The notes beneath the pieces were generated by a model. That model was not told the origin of the DNA, did not search any database, and saw nothing but the letters and a program-made list of their open reading frames with translations. Below, piece by piece: positions 50,558-63,214 of a stretch of 64,000 bases of DNA. Made by a program: the position numbers and the translations under genes. The stretch comes from Chiloscyllium plagiosum (lineage: Eukaryota): NCBI RefSeq assembly GCF_004010195.1, contig NC_057752.1, positions 3,709,639-3,773,638 of the forward strand, written 5' to 3'. The first letter of the stretch is position 1; each line of letters starts with the position of its first letter.

Positions 50558-51528
50558 TACTCTTTATAGTGAGGGATTACAGGTTACTCCTTTGAGCAGA
50601 ATGTTGGTGAAGTGCCTCAATGGTAAACAATTATAAATTCTGTTCTAGACCATAAATTAACTAATGTAATTTGTAGGCTATAATAACTAATAGATCGCAG
50701 CATCGCCTAATGGATGCAAAACACAATAACAGTGATTAGCTCAGACCTGGCATTATCTCTGCCAAATGATAGTTAAATCAAATTATCTTGGGTCAGTGTC
50801 CTTTTTCGAAGAAACATGAAGTTCCGGTCACATACCGAGCAGTTGTTGCTGTACTCCAGCTTCACTTCATTCTAAACATCAGGTTTAAGTACAATAGTAA
50901 TGACTGAGATGTTTGATTTAAGACATACTAGAACATGCTTCATTGCTTCCAAGTATGCTGCAATAGGAAGAGTAGAGAAGCTATTATACTTGAACTCTCT
51001 GAAACTCTCCCCAATTCTGAGAGTAACATCTAAATACATAGCTCATGGGCAATGGTTCATGAAAGAATTTGTTTCAGAAGCTTTTAGTCACAAGCACTGC
51101 AGGCAAAAATGATTGAAGACGATTGTTTTCTCAGCTTGGTAAACACCATCAATTATTCAATGTCCCACATATTAAATGGGACCTTTTTTAAAATACACAC
51201 TGGAACACTGCACAATGTAGGTCTTAAAGTGATAAGTTAAACACAGTTAGATGTAATTTTTCAGTTGCATCATTCCTCAGGCCATCTGTTGCTGAAACCC
51301 TCATCTGCTTTTTTGCTTCCTCTGACCTCAAATATTCCAATACTTTCCCATCATCAATATGCACAAAGTTATCCAAAACCCTGTTGTTTACACCTTAACT
51401 CACATGAATTTTTATCCATGCATCACTTAAATGGCCACTGGCCTACACTTGGTCCTGGTACAGCAATGCCTCCATTTTAAAATTCTTAAATTTGTTTGCA
51501 AACCCCTGGCTCCTCCTTATCTCTGAAA

Positions 51529-51819
51529 TCATAGAGTCATAGAGATGTACAGCATGGAAACAGACCCTTCAGTCCAACCCGTCCATGCCAACCAGATATC
51601 CCAACCCAATCTAGTCCCACCTGCCAGCACCCGGCCCATATCCCTTCAAACCCTTTCTATTCATATACCCATCCAAATGCCTTTTAAATGTTGCAATTGT
51701 ACCAGCCTCCACCACATCCTCTGGCAGCTCATTCCATACACGTACCACCCTCTGTGTGAAAAAGTTGCCCCATAGGTCTCTTTTATATCTTTCTCCTCTC
51801 ACCCTAAACCTATGCCCTC
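51529..51819 (-). mobile_element. CR1 LINE 3' end
   Basis: RGERYKRDLWGNFFTQRVVRVWNELP. Confidence 0.88.
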
Positions 51820-52386
51820 AAGTTAATATCCTCCTCATTATTTTTTTCTGTTGCACAGGTCTCCAATTGGCGTGCACGAAACCTCTTGGATGCGCAGCTG
51901 AGAGAGAATATTGTCTGTAACCTGCCCCATCCTTCTCCCCTCCTGAAGCCCCTCCATACACTGTGTGCTGTCTGTTCAATTTCACTGAGCACTGGCAGCT
52001 TGCCAATATTTTGTACAAGCCACCCAACCAGGGAAACAGTTTGTGATGGCACTGGCTGTTAGGGGTGTCTCTTCCAACACCTGTCCAGCTTGCACCAGAG
52101 TGGAACATTGCCCCGAACTGCTCTTTCAAAGTCTTAACAGAGTCTGTTTTTGCAGCTCCTTCATTGGACTGTGACTTCTGCTCAGGATTGGACGTTTTAT
52201 AACAAGCAAGGATGGAACATAAACATAAGATTAAGTCAACTTGCCTATAGTCAGACAGCAGGGAAACAGACCCTTTAGTCAATCCCAAACTCAACTAGTC
52301 CCATCTGCCTGCTCCTGGCCCATATCCCTCCTAACCTTTCTTGTTCATGTCCTTATCCAAATTAACCAATAATAACCACCACTGCA

Positions 52387-52929
52387 CCCGGTACGGAGGA
52401 GGGAGGGCAGGTCTGAAGACCTCCTCGTGGGTCTGCTCCTGGGCCTGGCGAAACTGACCATAAACAGGTCCAGGCAGCGGGCCGTGGAGGGGGTCGTTAG
52501 GGCCGACTGCCTGCCCCTCTTCCGCGGTTACGTTAGAGCCCGGGTGTCCTTGGAGAAGGAGCACGCGGTCTCCACCAACACCCTGGAGTTGTTCAGGGAG
52601 AGGTGGGTGCCGCAGGGAGTGGAGTGCATTATTTCCCCCTCCAACTCTATGTTGGTTTAATCCCTGCCCTCCCCTTCACTGTTTGATCACACAGCATTGC
52701 CCTTTGATGTGAAGGGGTGTTTCCTTTCTTCCTGGTGGTGGAAATTGAATAAAGATTTGTACACCTTGTGTCTTTCACTGGGTCTCACACCTGCACACAC
52801 ACACAACATGGGTACTGGGGAAAAATATATAAAAAAACAGAAGTGTCAGATATCCTGTTCATTCTGACAGCTGGCTCTGAGAGACTCTCCACATGTAAAT
52901 AAAGGGTGACTTGGTGACAGAAAAAAAAA
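52387..52929 (+). mobile_element. 5'-truncated Tx1-like LINE with 3'-appended Gypsy LTR segment
   Basis: GLLLGLAKLTINRSR..LFRGYVRARVSLE..FRERW; A-tail 52821-52837; LTR piece 52838-52920; second A-tail; imperfect TSD aataaccaccactgca / aataaacactgca. Confidence 0.75.
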
Positions 52930-53287
52930 TAAACACTGCATAGCTGCCAAATCTCATTTGGCTTAAACAATCTAATTTGACCTAAACTTTTAAAAGTAGA
53001 TAAAACTGGATATACTTAATGGAATTAGTCTGATATCATTGATCATAATCTCTTTCTCAACAGTTGCCCAAGAGTGGCAATATTACCAGTCTTTAAAGTC
53101 TGTGCTGTCTTTCCAAAGCACTGTTTGAGATTGTTAAGTGTTTAAATAAACATGCTTAAACAGCTGGGATAGTTTCAGCAGAGAGCCAGCACAGACAATG
53201 ATAGGCCAAATGGCCTCCTTTTCCACTGTATCATTTTGTGATTCTTTAAAATCTGGAGCTACTTTCCATTCAGAATCTCAACCAAAA

Positions 53288-53585
53288 GATTAGATTAGAT
53301 TCCCTACAGTGTGGAAACAGGCCCTTCGGCCCAACAAGTCCACATTGACCCTCCAAAGAGTAACCCACCCAGACCCATTTCCTTCTAGCTAATGCACCTA
53401 ACACTATGGCAATTTAGAATGGCCAATTCACCTGACCTGCACATCTTTGGACTGTGGGAGGAAACCCACACAGGCACAAAGAGAATGTGTAAACTCTACA
53501 CAGACAGTCACCCAAGGCTGGGATCAAACCTTAGGTCCCTTGCACTATGAGGCAGCAGTGCTAACCACTGAGCCACCATGCCACC
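53288..53585 (-). mobile_element. HE1/V-SINE-like
   Basis: Reverse complement of the SINE consensus. Confidence 0.85.
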
Positions 53586-54138
53586 CTTAACTTGCAGAAT
53601 TTTTGATCCTTACAGAAGTTTCTCCTCTTATATTGGATTCTTTATTTGCTGAATAAAAGCCATTCACAATGAAATCATATAAGACCAATTAGCCTGAAGC
53701 TCTCTTCCAGACAACATGCAGAAACATGAAAGGCTTGTCAAAGTTTGACTTGCTATGCTAATAAGACAATTAGCTCTTCACTAGCATTACGAACATCATC
53801 AGCTGTGCAGTGTTCTGTTTTTTTTGTCCCTGATTTGAATTGGCAATATAAGTCAATTCTGCATGAGGAGCAGGTATTGTTCTCAAACAGCACCTTCAGT
53901 GTGATTGAACTGTAAAGCGAGTTATCCATCATAGGGACACTTCCTGGCAGAATAAAGAACTCAACCAAAATGTATAGGAAAATATTGCACATGACTTCAA
54001 GTGTACAGCATTCATATTGATAAAAGAAAAGATCACAGGTAAGATTGTGACCTTCATCTCTGTGGCCAGGGGAGGAAGGTCCAGATGATAGCTATTTAAC
54101 TATTTAAACTGAAAAAAAAAACAAACTGTGGATGCTGG

Positions 54139-54629
54139 AGATAGATTAGATTACTTACAGTGTGGAAACAGGCCCTTCGGCCCAACAAATCCACACCGAC
54201 CCATTCCCCTACACCTAACACTATGGGCAATTTCAGCACAGCCAATTCACCTGGCCTGCACATCTTTGGACTGTGGGAGGAAACCCACACAGACACGGGG
54301 AGAATGTGCAAACTTCAGTCAGTTGCCTGAGTCGGGAATTGAACCCGGGCCTCTGGCGCTGTGAGGCAGTAGTGCTGACCACTGTGCCACCGTGCCACCC
54401 AACAAAACAAGAACAGAAAGTGCTAGAGAAACTCAGTAGGACTGACAGCACCTGTCGAGAGAGAAACAGAGTTAATGTTTCAGGTCTAGTGATCCTATGT
54501 CAGAGCCATTAAAACATCATGCTTGTGTTTCATACCAGAAGTGTATCTTGATTACTCTCAACTCTCCATTATTTTCCACTTAGTAAAATTATTGTATGAA
54601 GGAGATCTTTCTCATTGCATATGGAGAAC
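54139..54629 (-). repeat. Inverted copy of 18968-19451 (includes SINE 54142-54399)
   Basis: Direct sequence comparison. Confidence 0.93.
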
Positions 54630-56279
54630 AGAGGGAGCTTTACTCTATATCTAACCCTGTGCTGTCCCTGTCCTGGTAGTGTTTGATGGGGAGACAGTGT
54701 AGAGAGAGCTTTACTCTATATCTAACCCTGTGCTGTGCCTGTCCTGGCAGTGTTTGATGGGGAGACAGTGTAGATGGAGCTTTACTCTGTATCAAACCCT
54801 GTGCTTTCCCTGTCCTGAGAGTGTTTGATGGGGACGGTGTAGAGGTAGCTTTACTCTATATCTAACCCCGTGCTGTCCCTGTCCTGGGAGTGTTTGATGG
54901 GGATAGTAAAGAGGGAGCTTTACTCTGTACCTAACCCTGTGCTGTCCCCGTCCCTGGCAGTGTTTGATGGGGGACAGTGTAAAGGGAGCTTTACTCTGTA
55001 TCTAACCCCGTGTTCTACCTGTCCTGGGAGTGTTTGACAGGGACAGTGTCGAGGAAGCTTCACTCTGTATCTAACCCTGTGCTGTCCCTGTATCTAACCC
55101 CGTGCTTTCCCTGTCCTGTGAGTGTTTGATGGGGACGGTGTAGAGGTAGCTTTACTCTGTATCTAACCCTGTGCTGTCCCTGTCCTGTGAGTGTTTGATG
55201 GGGACGGTGTAGAGGCAGTTTACTCTGTATCTAACCCTGTGCTGTCCCTGTATCTAACCCTGTGCTTTCCCTGTATCTAACCCCGTGCTTTCCCTGTCCT
55301 GAGAGTGTTTGATGGGGACGGTGTAGAGGAAGCTTTACTCTGTACCTAACCCTGTGCTGTCCCTGTATCTAGCCCCGTGCTTTCCCTGTCCTGAGAGTGT
55401 TTGATGGGGCCGGTGTAGAGGAAGCTTTACTCTGTACCTAACCCTGTGCTGTCCCTGTCCTGAGAGTGTTTGATGGGGACGGTGTAGAGGAAGCTTTACT
55501 CTGTATCTAACCCTGTGCTGTCCCTGTCCTGAGAGTGTTTGATGGGTACGGTGTAGAGGAAGCTTTACTCTGTATCTAACCCTGTGCTGTCCCTGTCCTG
55601 TGAGTGTTTGATGGGGACGGTGTAGAGGAAGCTTTACTCTGTATCTAACCCTGTGCTGTCCCTGTACCTAACCGTGTGCTTTCCCTGTATCTAACCCCGT
55701 GCTTTCCCTGTCCTGAGCGTGTTTGATGGGGACGGTGTAGAGGAAGCTTTACTCTGTACCTAACCCTGTGCTGCCCTGTCCTGAGAGTGTTTGATGGGGA
55801 CGGTGTAGAGGAAGCTTTACTCTGTATCTAACTCTGTGCTGTCCCTGTATCTAACCCTGTGCTGTCCCTGTCCTGAGAGTGTTTGATGGGAACAACATAG
55901 ACTGTCGGTTCAATTCCCATCACCGGCTGAGGCTACCATGAAGGACTCTCCTTCTCAACCTCTCTGGTCACCTGAGGTGTGGTTGCTCTCAGGTTAAACC
56001 ACCACGAGCCATCTCTCTCTCATGACATAGCAGCCCTATGGTTTGGTAAAACTATGGCAACTTGACTTGGCCTAGGAGTGCGTTTGATGGGGGACAATAG
56101 AGAGAGCTTTACTCTGTATCTAACCCCGTGCTGTCCCCGTCCTGGGAATGTTTGATGGGGGATAGTGGAGAGGGAGCTTTACTCTGTATCTAACCCCGTG
56201 CTGTCACCGTCCTGGGAATGTTTGATGGGGGATAGTGGAGAGGGAGCTTTACTCTGTATCTAACCCCGTGCTGTCCCTG
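54630..56279 (-). repeat. ~70-bp tandem repeat array, reverse orientation, with 23-bp sub-repeats and a SINE-like insert at ~55895-56070
   Basis: Unit ctttactctgtatctaaccctgtgctgtccctgtcctgagagtgtttgatggggacggtgtagaggaag. Confidence 0.95.
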
Positions 56280-57195
56280 CTCCAGGAAAATCTTCTGAAA
56301 ATGCAAATACACTACATCCACTGAATCTACCTTATCAAAGCAGCATCAAAAACCCGTATAGGTTTTATAAAACATTATTTCCCCATCATAAACCCATGTT
56401 GACTTTATCCAATCTGTCAATTCTGTTCTCAATATTCAGTATTCAAATCATTTACAATAAATTCTAATCTCTTTCCTCCTGCTAATGTAAGGCGAACTGG
56501 TGCAGATCCTTATTCACCCAGCCCTGTTTTCTTTTATTAGCAATCCTTCAGTGTGCAGTCACCACTCAAGAACTGATAACAATTTGAAGGGATGAAAACA
56601 CGAGATTTCTGATATTGAGAAATCCTTATTCAATTTTGTCCGAGAGTTTTGAATGAGCAGTGACTCCCTTATTTCCTTGTATTTATTTGTCCTTATTAGT
56701 TAATCTCCCCTTATTGCTAGCAACCCCCACTCGATCCTCATCCCAAGATACAAGATGGCGCTGATTCTCGGCATGAAAGTCAGAGTGGTTACCTGGCAAC
56801 AGCAGCTCACCATTTGCTTCTTCAGGCCTTCATTCAGCTCCGCCTTGACCTCCATTTCCCTGTCTGCTCCTCGGGCACCACCCACTTTCACTCTTCATCC
56901 ATGCAAATGGGAGCAGCACTAAACCAACAGCCTCATCACATCATCTTAGCTGCTGGCAGACCAACTCACGTACCACTTCAGCCCTTAAGGACTTCACTTT
57001 GGACACCAGGAGCAGATGTCCTGCAAGCTTCTTTCCAGTTCTCTTTGCACACAGGGACACATACACATGCATCTCATGCATCACACACAGTGCATCTTCT
57101 GGCACTTTGCTCATCCACTTTACAATGACTTAGAGGCTGCCCGCATCTATCATTTGTTTCTTACCTCATTGGATCTTCAAGCGCAACTTCCAGTC

Positions 57196-59435
57196 AGCAC
57201 TTCCTCCTCTGTAATATGGACATTTTTCAAGATGTCACCATCTATTTCCCTGCAATCTATACCTTCCATATCCTTTTCCACAGTAAACACTGATGCAAAA
57301 TACTTGTTTAGTATCTCCCCCATTTCCTGCGGCTCCACACAAAGGCCACCTTGCTGATCTTTGAGGGGCCCTATTCTCTCCCTAGTTACCCTTTTGTCCT
57401 TAATGTATTTGTAAAAACCATTTGGATTCTCCTTAACTCTATTTGCCAAAGCTCTCTCATGTCCCATTTTTGCCCTCCTGATTTCCCTCTTAAGAAAACT
57501 CTTACTGGCTTTATAAGGTTTCACCCAATCTATCCTTACATATGCTTCTTTTTTTTAACCAAGCCCTCAATTTCCTTCGTCATCCAGCATTCCTTATATT
57601 ACCAGCCTTTCCTTTCACCCCAATGGGAATATACTGTCTCTGGATTCTTGTTATCGCATTTCTGAGTGCTTCCCATTTTCCAGCCGTCCCTTTACCTGCA
57701 AACATCTGCCCCCAGTCAGCTTTTGAAAGTTCTTGGCTTATACCATCAAAATTGGCCTTTCTCCAATTTAGAACTTCAACTTTTAGATCTGGTCTATCCT
57801 TTTCCATCACTATTTTAAAACGAATAGAATTATGGTCGCTGGCCCCAAAGTGCTACCCCACTGACACCTTAGTCACCTGCCCTGCCTTATTTCCCAAGAG
57901 TAGGTCAAGTTTTGCACCTTCTCTAGTAGGTACATCCACATACTGAATCAGAAAATGTTCTTGGACACACTTAACAAATTCCTCTCCATCTAAAGGTTTA
58001 GGGGTGACTTGATAGAGGTGTACAAGATGATTAGGGGTTTAGATAGGGTTGACCGTGAGAACCTTTTTCCACGTATGGAGTAAGGCGTTTGATAAGGTTC
58101 CCCATGGTAGGCTACTTCAAAAAATACGGAGGTATGGCATTGAGGGTGAGTTGGAGGTTTGGATTAGGAATTGGCTGGCTGGAAGAAGACAGAGGGTAGT
58201 AGTTGATGGTAAAGGTTCATCTTGGAGTGCAGTTACTAGTGGTGTTCCGCAAGGATCTGTTTTGGGACCATTGCTGTTTGTCATTTTTATAAATGACCTG
58301 GAGGAGGGGCTAGAAGGTTGGGTGAGCAAGTTTGCGATTAATACGAAAGTCGGAGGAGTTGTTGACAGTGAGGAAGATGTGGCAGGTTACAGCGGGATAT
58401 AGATAAGCTGCAGAACTGGGCAGAAAGGTGGCAAATGGAGTTCAATGTAGCTAAGGTTGAGGTGATTCACTTTGGTAAGAGTAACAAAAAGATGGGATAC
58501 TGGGCTAATGGTCGGATACTTGGTAGTGTGGATGAGCAGAAAGATCTTGGTGTCCATGTACACAAATCTTTGAAAGTTGCCACCCAGGTAAACAGTGCGG
58601 TGAGGAAGGCATATGGCGTACTGGCTTTTATTGGTAGAGGAATTGAGTTCCAGAGTCCTGAGGTCATGTTGCAGTTGTATAAGACTCTAGTGCGGCGAAC
58701 CTTTTTCCACAAATGGAGTCAGCTATTATGAGGGGGCATAGCTTTAAATTAAGGGGGAGTTGGTATAGGACAGATGTTAGGGGTAGGTTCTTTATTCAGC
58801 GAGTCGTGAGTTCATGGAATGCCCTGCCAGTAGCAGTGGTGGACTCTCCCTCTTTATGGGCATTGAAGCGGGCATTGGATAGGCATATGGAGGATAGTGG
58901 GCTAGTGTAGGTTAGGTGGGCTTGGATCGGCGCAACATCGAGGGCCAAAGGGCCTGTACTGCGCTGTATTCTTATATGTTCTATGTTCTATAAACCCTTA
59001 ACACTATGGCAGTCCCAGTCTATGTTTGGAAAGTTAAAATCCCCTACCATAACCACCCTATTATTCTTACAGATAACTGAGATCTCCTTACAAATTTGTT
59101 CCTCAATTTCCCACTGACTACTAGGGGGTCTCTAGTACAATCCCAATAAGGTGATCAGTTCCACCCAAATAACTTCCCTGGATGTATTTCTGGGAATACC
59201 CTCCCTTAGTACAGCTGTAATGCTCTCCCTTATCAAAAACACCACTCCCCCTCCTCTCTTGCCTCCCTTTCTATCCTTCCTGTAGCATTTGTATCCTGGA
59301 ACATTAAGCTACCAATCCTGTCCATCCCTTAGCCACATTTCTGTAATTGCTATGATATCCCAGTCCCATGTTCCTAACCATGCCCTGAGTTCATCTGTCT
59401 TCCCTGTTAGGCCTCTTGCATTGAAATAAATGTAT
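57196..59435 (-). mobile_element. CR1 LINE endonuclease/tether region, interrupted
   Basis: LANRVKENPNGFYKYIK and LNWRKANFDGI; close to the 21.2-22.0 kb copy. Confidence 0.9.
57994..58991 (+). mobile_element. Nested, rearranged CR1 3' fragment
   Basis: [26 protein letters not shown]; (atgttct)n tail; internal deletion at ~58697. Confidence 0.88.
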
Positions 59436-59676
59436 TAGAGAAGTGAAGAGGAATTCTAAGATTTGTGGCCAATGAAAAAGGGAATTGCAAAGTCTTCTAT
59501 CGGACTGAGATCAGATAAACCTCTTCTCTGAGTCTGCAGGCACCTGCCTTCATTGACTCATCACTCCAGTAAGGACTGGTCCCCTTTGACTTTCAGACAT
59601 GGCTTTGTGTGCACTATTGCCACATAAGCCATTGGCACATGCTGCAGGTATGACCTCGACAGAGCCTGATGCAATA

Positions 59677-59908
59677 ACCCATTTCCCTCTGACTAATGCA
59701 CCTAACACTATGACCAATTTAGCATGGTCAATCCACCTGACCTGCACATCTTTGGACTGTGGGAGGAAACCGGAACACCCGAAGGGAACCCACGCAGACA
59801 CGAGGAGAATGTGCAAACTCCACACAGACAGTTGCCCAAGGCAAGAAACGAACCTGGGTCCCAGGCGCTGTGAGGCAGCGGTGCTAACCACTGAGCCACC
59901 GTGCCGCC
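59677..59908 (-). mobile_element. HE1/V-SINE-like, tail-truncated
   Basis: Head and V core on the minus strand. Confidence 0.8.
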
Positions 59909-59911
59909 CAT

Positions 59912-61250
59912 AAGTTGTTGGAGGGGATCCTGAGGGACAGGATGTACATGTATTTGGAAAGGCAAAGACTGATTAGGGATAGCCAACATGGCTTTGTGCG
60001 TGGGAAATCATGTCTCACAAATCTGATTGAGTCTTTTGAAGAAGTAACAAAGAGGACTGATGAGGGCAGAGCAGTAGACGTGATCTATATGGACTTCAAT
60101 AAGGCGTTTGACAAGGTTCCCCATGGGAGACTGGTTAGCAAGGTTGGATCTCATGGAATACAGGGAGAACTAGCCATTTGGATACAGAACTGGCTCAAAT
60201 GGAGAAGACAGAGGGTGTTGCTTTTCAGACTGGAGGCCTGTGACTAGTGGAGTGCCACAAGGATCGGTGCTGGGTCCACTACTTTTCGGCATTTATATAA
60301 ATGATTTGGATGTGAACACAGGAGGTATGGTTAGTAAGTTTGCAGATGACACCAAAATTGGAGGTGTAGTGGACAGCGAAGAAAGTTACCTCAGATTACA
60401 ACAGGATCTGGACCAGATGGGCCAATGGGCTGAGGAGTGGCAGATGGAGTTTAATTTAGAAAAATGTGAGGTGCTGCATTTTGGGAAAGCAAATCTTAGC
60501 AGGACTTATACACTTAATGATAAGGTCCTGGGGAGTGTTGATGAACAAAGAGACCTTGGAGTGCAGGTTCATAGCTCCTTGAAAGTAGAGTCACAGGTAA
60601 ATAGGATAGTAAAGAAGGCGTTTGGTACGCTTTCCTTTATTGCTCGGAGTATTGAGTACAGGAGTTGGGAGGTCATGTTGTGGCTGTACAGGACATTGGT
60701 TAGGCCACTTTTGGAATATTGCGTACAATTCTGGTCTGCTTCCTATCCAAAGGATGTTGTGAAACTTGAAAGGGTTCAGAAAAGATTTACAAGAATGTTG
60801 CCAGGGTTGGAGGGTTTGAGCTGTAGGGAGAGGCTGGGGCTGTTTTCCCTGGAGCGTCGGAGGCTGAGGGGTGACCTTATAGAGGTTTATAAAATCATGA
60901 GGAGCATGGATAGGATAAATAGAGAAAGTCTTCTCCCTGGGGTGGGAGAATCCTGAACTAGAGGTTTAGGGTGAGAGGGGAGAGATATAAAAGAGACCTA
61001 AGGGGCAACGTTTTCACGCAGAGGGTGGTACGTGTATGGAATGAGCTGCCAGAGGATGTGGTGGAGGCTGGTACAATTACAGCATTTTAGAGGCATTTGG
61101 ATGGGTATATGAATAGGAAGGGTTTGAAGGGATATGGGCCAGGAGCTGGCAGGTGGGACTAGATTGTGTTGGGATATCTGGTCAGCATGGATGGGTTGGA
61201 CCGAAGGGTCTGTTTCTGTGCTGGACATCTGTACGACTCTCTGACTCTAT
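59912..61250 (+). mobile_element. CR1 LINE RT and 3' end
   Basis: [44 protein letters not shown]. Confidence 0.93.
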
Positions 61251-62129
61251 GTATTTTCAGCTCCCCTCTTGTCATGATCTAACCAAGAAAAGTGTATTAA
61301 TAATCTTGCCCCACTGTTGTATACTTTGTGACAACTTTTGGACATGTATAAAAATCTCAATGAGACCACCAAAAGTCCAATTTGACTGGCTGCTACCAAG
61401 AACAAAATTCATCTCCATAATCTGTTAAGAATTTTGTTGGTGAACAAACCCTGTGCCAAACCACTTTCCATGACTGTTTCCATTATACTTCATCTGCCCT
61501 TGTTGTTTCTCACCATGAATATGCCAAACTTGATCACATATCTCCAAAATGCAGTAGAAAGATATCCTTACCTTTGTGCTACATTTTCAAAACCGCTGCT
61601 ACCATCTCGTTAAATTCTCAGGCTCAAGGAATACAACTAAGCATGGTGGTGTCTTTTGACATTTAATCACATTGTGATGTAATCGGTTCAATAAAGAATT
61701 TGTATGCTTTGTCCAGAACTCTGGCATTCATTAACAGTAGATTTAATTTTTGCAAGAAGGGATGAGCAAATTACTTTTGCAATTTCCAGTTAATCCAGAC
61801 TCCTATCCGGAAAGGTCAATAGTGCTTCTTGAGCCACGGTGAAATACATGATATCCACAACGCAACACAATAATGTCTGGGGGATCCTGTGAGTTGCAAG
61901 TTTACCACGATACTGAACACAAATGATATATCATTCTCTTTGTCCAAATACAATGGTATGTCACAATGGATGACATCAGTGCCTGTGAAATGACGCAGAT
62001 CTTGTAATTTCACCAGGGAGAACTACTCTCTTTAAGGAAGGAAACAAATTATAGTCCCTGAATGGAATGTACATAAAGCTTACATATTCTTTGCACCTAT
62101 TTTTGACGACTTCTCCAGATTTCCAAATG

Positions 62130-62806
62130 ACACCTCCGTTCTGTCCATAAAAATGACCCGAAGCTTCCAGTTGCCTGCCAGTTCAGCACATCACCATGTT
62201 CCCGTGCCAACATTTCTGTCTCAGGCCTCCAGCAAGGCTCAACGCAAGCCTCAGCTTACATCCAGAACCTCATCTTCCACTTGGGGCATTACGTCTTTCA
62301 GGACTCAATATCGAGTTTCATCATTTTGGGAGCATGACCGTCTACTCCCATGTGCTTGATTACCCACCCCTCACTCCAGATCCTGTCATGAACGTGGGTG
62401 GCTTTCAGTCCAGCCAATTCATTTTCACTCACTCATCGCCCCCATTATCACCTATTGAGCTTCTCTGTTTTTTGATGGCTTCAATCTCTTTGACTCCCTG
62501 ACTTCATTCGTTTCTCTTACTCTGGTCTATGACTCCACCTCTCCGCTCACTTCTTCCCCCCCACTTTGTAAATCCTTCTTTTTTCCGAACTGCTATCAGT
62601 TCTGTAAGAAGGGTCAGTGGACTCAAAATGTTAACTCTGCATTCTCTCCACAGATGTTGCCAGACCCATTGAGTTTCTCCAGCAATTTCTGTTTTTGGAT
62701 ATTTAGAGACACACCAGACACATCTATCAGTGGATTTCTGGGATTTATTCATTGTCAGAGCTGAAAATGTGTTGCTGGAAAAGTGCAGCAGGTCAGGCAG
62801 CATCCA
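62130..62806 (+). mobile_element. Penelope-like GIY-YIG remnant and pLTR
   Basis: Similar to 14280-15015; degenerate hammerhead core near 62602; inverted pLTR piece at 62757-62806. Confidence 0.65.
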
Positions 62807-63214
62807 AGTCACCCCAATCCTGCATTTCCACCTGATTAAGAAATCTATAAAAGGTATAACAACTCTGTGAACATTTTACAGCTCTTTCATTCCTGTATCA
62901 CTGCAGAACTCTGAACATTTCTTGTGAAGTCAGCTGGAAACGATCATCTCCTGAAAAGTTTTTTTTCAGAGCAGTAGCCATTTGTCCAAAAAGAGAGTGA
63001 TTACCATGAAACTGAACATCCATCAAAGTCAAAGTTTATCCACCTCCAAGATTTGTGTGCAATCTCATGGTTTAAAAGACAATACAGTCTCTGGAGTTTC
63101 TAGACTGAATTTCTCAAACTTGATTATGTTTTCTTCTGTGGACTGACTGTCCACCCTCTTAAATTTATCAAATTTACCACACCTCATAGGCCCAAGTTAG
63201 CCTTTTCGTAAACG

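Noticed and set aside
18081..56279. Giant TIR transposon (Polinton/Teratorn-like) bounded by the long inverted repeats
   Set aside because: No polymerase, integrase, capsid or transposase ORFs inside, no TSD, and the interior holds repeats of many ages
61571..61985. Minus-strand splice-like sites suggesting small exons
   Set aside because: Stops in candidate frames or no recognisable peptide; no consistent exon chain
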